From: Chitinophagales bacterium
GTDB lineage: Bacteria > Bacteroidota > Bacteroidia > Chitinophagales > UBA8649
Assembly (NCBI GenBank): GCA_020635975.1
Contig: JACJYT010000003.1
Coordinates: forward strand, 394,655 to 458,654
Direction: 5' to 3'
Length of the DNA stretch: 64,000 nucleotides
Positions 37,354 through 45,836 of the stretch are shown piece after piece. The first letter of the stretch is position 1. Each line of letters opens with the position of its first letter. Both the position numbers and the translations under genes were made by a program. The notes under the pieces are model-generated. The model ran no database searches, was not told the origin of the DNA, and worked only from the letters and a program-made list of their open reading frames with translations.

Positions 37354-37987
37354 GGAAGAAGAAGATTTATCAGCTTATATTGCCAATAAATGGATTAGCA
37401 TTATCTCAGCAGGTGCATTTTTTGGTCTCGGTGTTTGGATGCTTATTAGTCCAGCAAAACCCAAGCACGCCTACATAGAAAAGGCTACGGTTTCTTTGCT
37501 TAAAGATTTGTGGGGGGTACCTTTCGGTCTAATTATTTTAGCCATTAGTTTGCCCATCATTATTTATGCTATATTTAGAATTTCTAAGTTGCGAAACTTT
37601 GTGTGGATGCGATTAAAAGATGGTTATTATTTGTTTGAGGGGGGACTGCGAATAAGCGGACTGAATTCCATTCGAGATAAGAAGCATTTGTTGGTTTTTT
37701 ATCCAGAAAAGCAAAAAGTTTTGCAGTTGAGTAATTATTATGGTGGCAAGTATATGCGCTATGAAGAAGCTAAAGAGGTGAAGGACCTTAACAATGAGCA
37801 GATCTATTGGAGCGCCTATGATAATAGTTATACGATTATCCATCACGGTAGGAATTTAGCTAATTCTACTTATGAATTTAGAGTAAATGACCTAGTGGTA
37901 AGTGCAGATGGGCTTGGCTATAAATTACTTCTAAAGGAATATAAATTGCTTCAAGATGGCGAGTTGCGACTTGCCCAAAAACTCTAG
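37331..37987 (+). CDS. hypothetical membrane protein
   Basis: 218-aa ORF with two TM segments near the N-terminus. It overlaps the porQ end by 23 nt. Confidence 0.4.
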   Translation: MAKIPLTKEEEDLSAYIANKWISIISAGAFFGLGVWMLISPAKPKHAYIEKATVSLLKDLWGVPFGLIILAISLPIIIYAIFRISKLRNFVWMRLKDGYYLFEGGLRISGLNSIRDKKHLLVFYPEKQKVLQLSNYYGGKYMRYEEAKEVKDLNNEQIYWSAYDNSYTIIHHGRNLANSTYEFRVNDLVVSADGLGYKLLLKEYKLLQDGELRLAQKL

Positions 37988-38039
37988 TTTTTTCTTGTAA
38001 TATTTACCGCGAAAAACTAGTTTTTGTTTAATTATTCCT

Positions 38040-38047
38040 TACCTTTG
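38040..38047 (+). promoter_or_regulatory. -7 promoter box TACCTTTG upstream of rpsA (long 5' UTR)
   Basis: Exact TAnnTTTG match, 109 nt before the ATG at 38157. Confidence 0.4.
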
Positions 38048-38156
38048 CAGCCCAAAAATTTATTTATTTATAACCCAGTTTTTTGAAAAACTAGCAAATC
38101 GCTCGAGGTGCTTGCACTTAAAGCCTTGATAGCCAAAGAACTACAAACAAAACAAA

Positions 38157-40241
38157 ATGTCAGAAAAAAAAGACGACTTAAAAGCGATTAATGGTGTAGG
38201 CCCCGCTTTTGAAAAAAGATTGAATGCTTTAGGTATTCATACTTATGCAGATTTAATTGCATTAAGTGACGAAAAAATCGCTGAATTAGAAGAAAGCGAT
38301 TCGATGACTAGCTTAGAAGAATGGCACAGATGGATGGATGAAGCAAAAACTTTATCTACTGCTGAGGCTGCTCCAAAAGCAGAGAAAGAAGAAGCAGCTG
38401 TAGTGGAAGCTCCAGTAGCTAAAGCTAAGGCTCCTGTAAAGGAAGAAGTTATTGAAACAGCTCACGACGATTTCGATTGGTCTATCGACAAAAGAAATGT
38501 TAGCTTGTATAAGCCGGAGACTAGAGCGGAAATGGAAGAAACTTATTCTAAGTCTTTAACTACGTTGGAAGAAAGTACAGTGGTTAAAGGTACTGTGGTA
38601 AGTATCACTTCTACAGATGTAGTATTAAACGTTGGATTCAAATCGGATGGTTTAGTAGCTAAGTCTGAGTTTAGAGACATGGAAAACTTAAAAGTTAACG
38701 ATGTTGTAGATGTTTATGTAGTTACTACAGAAAACAAAAAAGGTCAATTAGAATTATCTCGTAAGAAAGCTAAATTGCTTACTGCTTGGGAAAATATCAA
38801 ATCGGCTTACGAAAATGATGAGATTGTTAAAGGTCTTATTACTACTAAAACTAAAGGTGGTTTAATTGCAGATGTATTTGGTTTAGAAACTTTCTTACCA
38901 GGTTCGCAAATTGATGTGAAGCCAATTATTGATTACGATGTATACGTAGGTAAAACTATGGAGTTCAAAGTAGTTAAAATTAATGAGTCGATTAAAAATG
39001 CGGTAGTTTCTCACAAAGCATTGATCGAGTCGGATATTGAAGAGCAACGTCAAGAGATTATTTCTCAATTAGAGAAAGGTCAAGTATTGGAAGGTACAAT
39101 TAAAAACATTACAGATTTCGGTGCATTTATCGATTTAGGTGGTGTGGATGGTTTACTTTACATTACAGATATTTCTTGGGGAAGAATCAATCATCCAAAT
39201 GAAGTATTAGAATTGAACCAAAAAATTAACGTGGTTGTATTAGAATTTGACGACAACAAGAAACGTATTTCTTTAGGTTTGAAACAATTGCAACAACATC
39301 CTTGGGATGCTTTTGGTGAGAAGATTGAAGTTGGACAAAAAGTTAAAGGTAAAATCGTAAACGTAGAAGATTACGGTGCTTTCTTAGAAATCAACCCAGG
39401 TGTTGAAGGTTTAATTCACGTAAGTGAAGTTGCTTGGAGCAATGAGCCAATCAATGCTAGAGAATTCTTCAAATTAGGTGATGAGCACGAGGCTGTGGTA
39501 ATGACTATTGATAGAGAAGACAGAAAAATGTCTCTTTCATTAAAGCAATTAACTCCAGATCCTTGGAACGAAATTACTACCACTTTCCCTATTGGTTCTC
39601 GTCATACTGGCGAAGTGAAAAACATCACTCCTTACGGTGTGTTTGTTGAATTGCAACAAGGTATTGGTGGTATGGTTCATATTTCTGATTTATCTTGGAC
39701 AAAGCGTTTCAATCACCCATCAGAGTTTACTAAAGTAGGTGAGCAAATTGAGTGCGTAGTTCTAGATATCGATAATGAAAACAGAAAATTATCTTTAGGA
39801 CATAAGCAAATTGAAGAAGATCCATGGGATACTTTCCAATCTGTTTTCCCTGAAGGTTCTGTACACGAAGGTACTATTCTAAGCAAAGAAGATAAAGGTT
39901 CTATTGTGCTTTTACCTTACGGTTTAGAAGGTTTTGCTCCAACACGTCACTTGAAGAAAGAAGATAATTCTGAGCCAAAAGTGGATGAGAAATTAGATTT
40001 TAAAGTTATCGAGTTCAATAGAAACGATAAGAAAATCATTCTTTCTCACGCGGTTATCTGGAATGATAAATTGGAGGAAGAGAAAGCTGAGAAAACAAAA
40101 GCTGCTAAGAAAAATGCAGATACTACAGAGAAAGCAGTGAAGAAATTGCAATCTAGTATTGAAGCATCTACTTTAGGAGATATGGATGTTCTTTCAGAAT
40201 TGAAAAAGAAAATGGAGTCTGACGAAAAGAAAGCGAAGTAA
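38157..40241 (+). CDS. rpsA: 30S ribosomal protein S1 with an extra N-terminal helix-hairpin-helix extension
   Basis: Six S1/OB repeats (GTVVSIT, GLITTKTKGGLIADV, GTIKNITDFGAFIDLGGVDGLLYITDISW and similar). Residues 1-100 are additional. Confidence 0.93.
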   Translation: MSEKKDDLKAINGVGPAFEKRLNALGIHTYADLIALSDEKIAELEESDSMTSLEEWHRWMDEAKTLSTAEAAPKAEKEEAAVVEAPVAKAKAPVKEEVIETAHDDFDWSIDKRNVSLYKPETRAEMEETYSKSLTTLEESTVVKGTVVSITSTDVVLNVGFKSDGLVAKSEFRDMENLKVNDVVDVYVVTTENKKGQLELSRKKAKLLTAWENIKSAYENDEIVKGLITTKTKGGLIADVFGLETFLPGSQIDVKPIIDYDVYVGKTMEFKVVKINESIKNAVVSHKALIESDIEEQRQEIISQLEKGQVLEGTIKNITDFGAFIDLGGVDGLLYITDISWGRINHPNEVLELNQKINVVVLEFDDNKKRISLGLKQLQQHPWDAFGEKIEVGQKVKGKIVNVEDYGAFLEINPGVEGLIHVSEVAWSNEPINAREFFKLGDEHEAVVMTIDREDRKMSLSLKQLTPDPWNEITTTFPIGSRHTGEVKNITPYGVFVELQQGIGGMVHISDLSWTKRFNHPSEFTKVGEQIECVVLDIDNENRKLSLGHKQIEEDPWDTFQSVFPEGSVHEGTILSKEDKGSIVLLPYGLEGFAPTRHLKKEDNSEPKVDEKLDFKVIEFNRNDKKIILSHAVIWNDKLEEEKAEKTKAAKKNADTTEKAVKKLQSSIEASTLGDMDVLSELKKKMESDEKKAK

Positions 40242-40260
40242 GCAGAAACCTGAAGCTAAG

Positions 40261-40297
40261 AAAGCCCCATCGAAAATCGATGGGGCTTTTCTTTTTT
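40261..40297 (+). terminator. rho-independent terminator after rpsA
   Basis: GCCCCATCGA (40264-73), loop AAA, TCGATGGGGC (40277-86), followed by TTTTCTTTTTT. Confidence 0.75.
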
Positions 40298-40315
40298 ATA
40301 GCGGCTTTGAATATT

Positions 40316-40753
40316 CTATTTCGCTAATCCTTGACTGTTTGGATCGTCGATAAGGGCAATATGGTAATAAACAAACTCGAGCTTTTCGAAATCTTCTTCC
40401 TGATTTTGGTAGGCTTCGAAATTGCTAAATTTACCCCACACCTGAATCCAGAAATTATCTTGAAGTCCTCGTATACTCGCATAAGCATTGTAAGAAGAGC
40501 TAGCGTAGCTATTTAGTCCTTCGCCACATTCGATCAGATAAATAGGGCAGGCAATGCCCAGACTGTCGTTGCTCGTGCTTTTAAAAAGTAATTCTTGCTT
40601 GGTGTTGAGTACTAGGGTGCCTATTAATTCTATAGCAGCTGTATCTGTTTCAAGAGTAGTGCAAAGGCTTAGATCATTGTTAGCATTTTGTGATGACTCT
40701 TGTTGGCAAGCAACTAAGCTGATAAGGAAGAATAAGGCAAGATAGCTTTTCAT
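40316..40753 (-). CDS. hypothetical lipoprotein
   Basis: Signal peptide with lipobox LVAC. Confidence 0.45.
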   Translation of the reverse strand: MKSYLALFFLISLVACQQESSQNANNDLSLCTTLETDTAAIELIGTLVLNTKQELLFKSTSNDSLGIACPIYLIECGEGLNSYASSSYNAYASIRGLQDNFWIQVWGKFSNFEAYQNQEEDFEKLEFVYYHIALIDDPNSQGLAK

Positions 40754-40797
40754 TTCATTGTAGTTAGAACTAGTAATACATGCATCAATATAGATAC

Positions 40798-41217
40798 TTA
40801 ATATTCGTATAACACACCTTGATTGCTATCGCTTAGATTCAAATAAACCCGATCGCCATCTACTTGTAAATTAGAAATATCGAAGCTTAATTCTTTGGTA
40901 AAATAAGCTAGGCATAACTCGTCATTTTTAAGCGATAATCTTAAATTTCTTTGTGGTGGGTAGGACTCTAAAATAGCCTCAGAATCAATAAGTTTCACTT
41001 CCCAGCTATCGCCGCTGCAGCCACTCGCGCCAAAAATTAGATGCAAGCAGTTATCTTCGATCCAGATGCTGTCTATGCTTACTAAATCGGAAGGAGCGTT
41101 ATTGTATTGAGCTATGCTGCTTATGCTTGCTAAATCGCAAGTGCTGTTGATGTCTTTGTTTTTGCTGCAAGCCAAGAGACTAAGAGCCAAGAAACTGAGT
41201 ACTAGTGTATATTTCAT
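40798..41217 (-). CDS. hypothetical lipoprotein (paralogue-like to the product of 22187..22642)
   Basis: MKYTLVLSFLALSLLACSKNK. I prefer the start at 41217 to the track start at 41241. Confidence 0.45.
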   Translation of the reverse strand: MKYTLVLSFLALSLLACSKNKDINSTCDLASISSIAQYNNAPSDLVSIDSIWIEDNCLHLIFGASGCSGDSWEVKLIDSEAILESYPPQRNLRLSLKNDELCLAYFTKELSFDISNLQVDGDRVYLNLSDSNQGVLYEY

Positions 41218-41228
41218 AATCATAGGTT

Positions 41229-41405
41229 TTAATTTGTCCAAGTCACTTTTAATCGGGCATCTACAAAGTCTTTCCCGTCAAAAATACAGAGACCTTGCCA
41301 AGTTCCAAACCAAAGGAAGCCATTTTTATCTTCAAAGATACTTTGAACTACATTGGTCCTTAGGCTATCTTCGCTAGTGTAAGTCATAAATTTAGTTTTC
41401 GGCAT
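41229..41405 (-). pseudogene. 58-codon remnant resembling one blade of a two-component-regulator propeller (Reg_prop) domain
   Basis: Own translation: MPKTKFMTYTSEDSLRTNVVQSIFEDKNGFLWFGTWQGLCIFDGKDFVDARLKVTWTN. The motif SL..N.V.SI.EDKNGFLWFGT..GL..FDG is one propeller repeat, which is too short to fold alone. Confidence 0.3.
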
Positions 41406-41594
41406 TTAGGGTTTAAACCCCGCCTTAGTTATTGAAGATAGTATTTTTTTATATATTTAAGAAGGAGCTCTAGCTCTTTAACAAAAGCTAAACCGATTGG
41501 GCTTTTTGTTTGGCTAGTTTATTGTTTTTTCGCTGAGCTACTGAGATGAAAAAAGTAGGAAGGATAAAAAAGATTCCGAGAGCTATCCCCCCCC

Positions 41595-42008
41595 CTAAAA
41601 ATAATTTTTATCTTCCAATCTGGTAGAAAGCCACCAATAGTTGCCAGAGGGGTCTTGGATGCCCGATTGTCTATCGAGGTAGGGCATGTCTTGCGGGGCA
41701 AAAACTTCTTTCGCACCAAAGCTCAGGGCTCTTTCGTGCATAGCATCTACATCTTTAACATAGAGATAGTAAGTGCCTGGCATGGCTGGAAATTCGTCTG
41801 AAGCTTCGGATATCATGAAGCGAGCATCGCCCAAAGCAAGAATGGAGTTAGCGAGTCGGTTTTTAACTTCATCTCGAGTAATTTGAAGGATTTCTGCGTA
41901 AAAGGCTTGTTCTAAAAATTGAAGCAGCTCCATAGGTCGGTCCACAATCATATAGGGACTTACACTAGAAAATCCATCGGGTTTGTAGCATAGGTAGATT
42001 GGGTTCAT
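41595..42008 (-). CDS. VOC/glyoxalase-fold (PhnB-like) protein
   Basis: 137 aa. The pattern ...SVSPYMIV...LGDARFMISEA...YLYVKDVDAMHERAL..GAKEV...DPSGNYWWL is typical of the family. Confidence 0.55.
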   Translation of the reverse strand: MNPIYLCYKPDGFSSVSPYMIVDRPMELLQFLEQAFYAEILQITRDEVKNRLANSILALGDARFMISEASDEFPAMPGTYYLYVKDVDAMHERALSFGAKEVFAPQDMPYLDRQSGIQDPSGNYWWLSTRLEDKNYF

Positions 42009-42128
42009 GGCTTAATAAGTTTATACGATTAAATATAATTAGGTTAAGCTAAACTAAGTAATCTAGAGGAAAAATTCGCTTTTGTAAGTGTAGCGGATTC
42101 TTAAAAATTTCTTTATCCTCTTGTCTAA

Positions 42129-43043
42129 TTACATAGTTTCTAGTGCATCTTGCTTCTTGTCGCCCAGCTCGTCTGGCTCAATATGAATGAGCACATGACC
42201 AAGGTCTGGAATATTGGCAAGCAAGTGATCTTTTAAGTCGTGCGATAGGGCATGACCTGCTTTTACGCTGATGTTGGCATCTACTACCGCGTGCAAATCT
42301 ACATGATATTGCATGCCCGCTTTACGAATGAAGCACTTCTCAGTATTTTTAATGCCTTTTACTTCGAGGGCTTTTTCGCGAATATCTGCTAAGAGATCAT
42401 CGTATAAGTGTTCGTCCATAATTTCGCCAAAAGCAGGACGAAAAATTAGATAACTATTATATAAAATAAAGGCAGAAGCAAGCAAGGCAGCCCAATCATC
42501 GGCACTTTCATAGCCTTCACCAAATAGCAAGGCGATAGAAATTCCAATAAAAGCCATAATAGAACTAATGGCATCGCTTCTATGATGCCAAGCATCCGCT
42601 TTTAAAGAAGAACTATTGCTTTGCTTCGATTTTCGAATAACAATTTGATAGGAAACTTCCTTCCAAAGGATGATAGCTGCAAGTACAAGGAGGGTCCAAG
42701 CCTTTGGCGCGCTATGTGGTGTTCGTATATGTTGAATGCTTTCGTAGGCAATAATACTGGCAGAAAACACTAAAAAAGCCACTACTAAAAAAGTGACCAA
42801 AGCTTCCATCTTGCCATGACCATAGGGATGGTTCTCGTCGGCAGGTCGATTAGAATATTTTATCCCCAATAAAACGAGAATAGAAGAAAAGATATCGGTA
42901 GTAGACTCTATGGCATCAGCTATTAAGGCATAAGAGTTTCCGAAGAAGCCAGCTAGAGCCTTAACTAGAGCCAAAAAAGCATTACTCATTATGCTAAAGA
43001 AGCTTGCCCTTAGGGCTATTTCCTCCTTACTTAACTTAGCCAA
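42129..43043 (-). CDS. cation diffusion facilitator (CDF) family metal efflux transporter
   Basis: Six TM segments. Motifs LIADAIESTTDIFSS and HHRSDAISS, with a C-terminal cytoplasmic domain. Confidence 0.85.
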   Translation of the reverse strand: MAKLSKEEIALRASFFSIMSNAFLALVKALAGFFGNSYALIADAIESTTDIFSSILVLLGIKYSNRPADENHPYGHGKMEALVTFLVVAFLVFSASIIAYESIQHIRTPHSAPKAWTLLVLAAIILWKEVSYQIVIRKSKQSNSSSLKADAWHHRSDAISSIMAFIGISIALLFGEGYESADDWAALLASAFILYNSYLIFRPAFGEIMDEHLYDDLLADIREKALEVKGIKNTEKCFIRKAGMQYHVDLHAVVDANISVKAGHALSHDLKDHLLANIPDLGHVLIHIEPDELGDKKQDALETM

Positions 43044-43514
43044 TTAGTTTTTTTCGAAGGTGAGATAATCGGTGCCGCCATTACCGCCACTTACATCTAT
43101 TAACTCGATTTTGTTAGCAGATTGAGAAATAAAATCCCAATCGTCGTTTAAGTCTTCAAAATCGTTCGTTAGATTGAACTGAATATTAAAATCTAGATCG
43201 TCTTGACTATCATCATTGCTATTGCTATCGCTTATGCTCCAAGTGCCCGTATAGCTAGTAGAACCATTGCTGGCTGTTAATACGCCCGAACTATTAAAGC
43301 TAAAGTTATAGGAAGTAAAGTTGCTCGTTTCATCCGAGCCAGAATCTATAAAGCTTGTTATTCGCCAAGTACCATCTTGCACATTGCTAATAACTGTATT
43401 TTGAATATTGTCGCTTGGATTGTCATCCTCTTTAGAACAAGAAGCTAGTATGAATAAGCCTAAAAATGCCATGTAAAAGATGAAGCTTTGGGTAGTGCGT
43501 TTTCTATTTTTCAT
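43044..43514 (-). CDS. hypothetical lipoprotein (lipocalin-like), directly abutting the CDF gene
   Basis: Lipobox ILASCSKEDDN with an Asp/Ser/Asn-rich body. There is no gap to the downstream CDF gene. Confidence 0.5.
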   Translation of the reverse strand: MKNRKRTTQSFIFYMAFLGLFILASCSKEDDNPSDNIQNTVISNVQDGTWRITSFIDSGSDETSNFTSYNFSFNSSGVLTASNGSTSYTGTWSISDSNSNDDSQDDLDFNIQFNLTNDFEDLNDDWDFISQSANKIELIDVSGGNGGTDYLTFEKN

Positions 43515-43815
43515 TGTATTTGCTTTAATATTTATAAATCTTACTTTCTTCTAAAAATCAAAATCTAAGCTTTAGCTACACCTTTGGTCTTAGCAAGATC
43601 AGAAGCCAATTTAAAGATAGCGAGTCTATTTTATTTGCTAAAATATTACTTCGTCAATTTTTTTTCGGGATGCAAGTTGAGCTTTTCGTTCTTTGACTTG
43701 CTCAATAGTAGTTAAAGAAAAGAGGCTGCGCCTAGATAAGTGTTAATTACTTTAAAAATTTAACTCCTTGATTAAAAAATATTTCCATCCTACTTTTATT
43801 ATCTAAATCAATTCC

Positions 43816-43823
43816 TATATTTA
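43816..43823 (+). promoter_or_regulatory. -7-like promoter box TATATTTA immediately upstream of the cys leader ORF
   Basis: 7 of 8 match to TAnnTTTG, ending 5 nt before the ATG at 43829. This implies a leaderless or near-leaderless transcript. Confidence 0.35.
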
Positions 43824-43828
43824 CCACC

Positions 43829-43894
43829 ATGTTTAACTCATCCATTTTAACTATCTGTTGTTGTACTGCTTATCTCGGTAAGGAGGACGTATAG
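43829..43894 (+). CDS. candidate cysteine-rich leader peptide (21 aa, MFNSSILTICCCTAYLGKEDV)
   Basis: ATG...TAG ORF with TGT TGT TGT at 43856-43864. It lies between a divergent upstream gene and the cysE-cysK operon and is followed by a terminator. Confidence 0.5.
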   Translation: MFNSSILTICCCTAYLGKEDV

Positions 43895-43916
43895 CTATAT
43901 TTAAAATTTAAATTAT

Positions 43917-43960
43917 AAAAGCCCCTTCTTAGTTTTTCTTAGAAGGGGCTTTTTCGTTTT
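43917..43960 (+). terminator. intrinsic terminator/attenuator in the cysE-cysK leader
   Basis: AAAAGCCCCTTCT (43917-29), an 11-nt loop, AGAAGGGGCTTTT (43941-53), with a T-rich tail to 43960. The cysE ATG is at 43963. Confidence 0.65.
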
Positions 43961-43962
43961 AT

Positions 43963-44787
43963 ATGAAAAATTTAATCGACAAAATTCAATCTTACAATGC
44001 CGTTTACATGGCAAAATTGCCGGCTACTTCGGACATAGAGCAGTTCGTGGATAGCTTAATTGATTTTCTATTTCCCATGCGACTTGGAGCTAGCAGCGCT
44101 CGAATGTCGACTTTAGCAGATGTAGAGCTTTTAGAGGAGAAGTTTCTTACCCTCATTACATCTGTGGTAGATGAAGATAAAAGGCTTCCTTTAAGCCAAG
44201 ATTTCTTTTCTAAGCTAGAATCCATTTTTGAAAACTTGCATTTAGATGCCGCAGCTATTTTAGAATTTGACCCTGCAGCTAATTCTCTTCTTGAGATAGT
44301 AAGTGCTTATCCGGGCTTTTACGCAGTTGCCGTGTATCGTATTGCCTCCGAAATGGAACAATTAAAACTGCCTTATATACCAAGACTCATGAGCGAGTTG
44401 GCGCATAGTAAAACGGGTATAGATATCAATCCAAGAGCACGAATAGGAGAATCGTTTTTTATTGATCATGGTACCGGAGTGGTTATTGGCGAAACAACCG
44501 TAATAGGGAAGCAAGTGAAGCTCTATCAAGGGGTAACATTAGGTGCACTTCAAGTCAGTAAAGAACTGGCTAATACCAAAAGGCATCCTACTATTGAAGA
44601 CGGGGTGATAATCTATTCGGGTGCTACCATCTTAGGAGGGGAGACCATTATAGGTTCCAATTCTGTAATTGGAGGGAATGTATGGCTAACGGAAAGTGTA
44701 CCATCTAATTCTATTGTATTTACCCAACACGAGACCAAGATTAGAGACAAAAAAGAATATGTACAAGCGATTGACTTCGTAATTTAA
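43963..44787 (+). CDS. cysE: serine O-acetyltransferase
   Basis: 274 aa with a left-handed beta-helix hexapeptide region (GIDINPRARIGESFFIDHGTGVVIGETTVIG...GVTLG). Confidence 0.8.
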   Translation: MKNLIDKIQSYNAVYMAKLPATSDIEQFVDSLIDFLFPMRLGASSARMSTLADVELLEEKFLTLITSVVDEDKRLPLSQDFFSKLESIFENLHLDAAAILEFDPAANSLLEIVSAYPGFYAVAVYRIASEMEQLKLPYIPRLMSELAHSKTGIDINPRARIGESFFIDHGTGVVIGETTVIGKQVKLYQGVTLGALQVSKELANTKRHPTIEDGVIIYSGATILGGETIIGSNSVIGGNVWLTESVPSNSIVFTQHETKIRDKKEYVQAIDFVI

Positions 44788-44808
44788 TTAATTATAAAAA
44801 ATAGTAAA

Positions 44809-45720
44809 ATGAAATTTAACAATGTCTTAGGTGCTATAGGAAATACACCACACGTAAAAATTAACAAGCTTTTTTCTTCAGATTATAAGGTTTATGCCAA
44901 ATTGGAAAGGCAAAATCCGGGTGGTTCTATTAAGGATAGAATTGCATTAGCTATGATAGAAGATGCCGAAGAAAAGGGCTTGCTAAACAAGAATAGTGTT
45001 ATTATTGAACCCACTTCTGGAAATACTGGAATTGGCTTAGCACTAGTAGCAGCCGTCAAAGGCTACAAGCTTATTCTAGTTATGCCAGAATCTATGAGTT
45101 TAGAGCGTCGTAGATTAATGCGCGTTTACGGGGCTGAGTTTGTTCTTACTCCAAGAGAATTAGGCATGAAGGGTGCCATAGAAAAGGCAGAAGAGCTTGC
45201 TGCTCAAACAGAGAATTCTTGGCTTCCTCGACAATTTGATAATCCTGCCAATATTGGCATACATGAGAAAGCTACGGCTCAAGAAATAATAAAAGATTTT
45301 CCAGAAGGCTTAGATTATGTAATAACCGGTGTAGGAACAGGTGGACATATAACGGGAGTGGCCAAAGTTTTGAAGGAGAAATTCCCTAAATTAAAGGTGT
45401 TTGCTGTTGAACCCGAAGCTTCGCCCGTAATTTCTGGAGGTGCTCCAGGTCCACATCCCTTGCAAGGAATAGGTGCAGGTTTTATTCCTAAAAATTTGAA
45501 TGTGAATTACCTCGATGGGGCTATCGCCGTTGGTAAGGAGGAAGCTTTTGACTATGCACAAAGAGCAGCTAGAGAAGAAGGACTTTTTGTTGGCATATCT
45601 TCAGGTGCTTCTTTAGCCGCTGTAGCAAAGAAATTAGCGGAACTTCCGAAGGGAAGTAAAGTACTTACTTTTATATATGATACTGGCGAGCGTTATTTAA
45701 GCGTAGAGGGTTTGTATTAA
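44809..45720 (+). CDS. cysK: cysteine synthase A (O-acetylserine sulfhydrylase)
   Basis: PLP-enzyme motifs [31 protein letters not shown]. Confidence 0.92.
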   Translation: MKFNNVLGAIGNTPHVKINKLFSSDYKVYAKLERQNPGGSIKDRIALAMIEDAEEKGLLNKNSVIIEPTSGNTGIGLALVAAVKGYKLILVMPESMSLERRRLMRVYGAEFVLTPRELGMKGAIEKAEELAAQTENSWLPRQFDNPANIGIHEKATAQEIIKDFPEGLDYVITGVGTGGHITGVAKVLKEKFPKLKVFAVEPEASPVISGGAPGPHPLQGIGAGFIPKNLNVNYLDGAIAVGKEEAFDYAQRAAREEGLFVGISSGASLAAVAKKLAELPKGSKVLTFIYDTGERYLSVEGLY

Positions 45721-45785
45721 AATAGATGATTTGTAGATTCTAGGCCTTTAATTAAGAAGAAGACTACCTCTAAGCCTAAAACAAA

Positions 45786-45817
45786 AAAATCCTTGTTCAT
45801 TGCTGAACAAGGATTTT
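45786..45817. terminator. bidirectional hairpin terminator between the convergent cysK and LRR genes
   Basis: AAAATCCTTGTTCA, loop TTGC, TGAACAAGGATTTT, flanked by an A-run and a T-run. Confidence 0.6.
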
Positions 45818-45836
45818 AAAACATGATGAAAAAAAA

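Noticed and set aside
41587-41595. Poly-C homopolymer abutting the stop codon of the VOC-family gene, as a possible phase-variation tract.
   Set aside because: I count 8 C in the printed sequence, whereas the two ORF-track translations across it imply 9. The tract lies at or after the stop codon of a complete 137-aa ORF. The only ORF that spans it (41519..41719) is an overlapping alternative-frame artefact, so slippage has no obvious coding consequence. The discrepancy in my own count is a reminder that homopolymer lengths here need machine verification.
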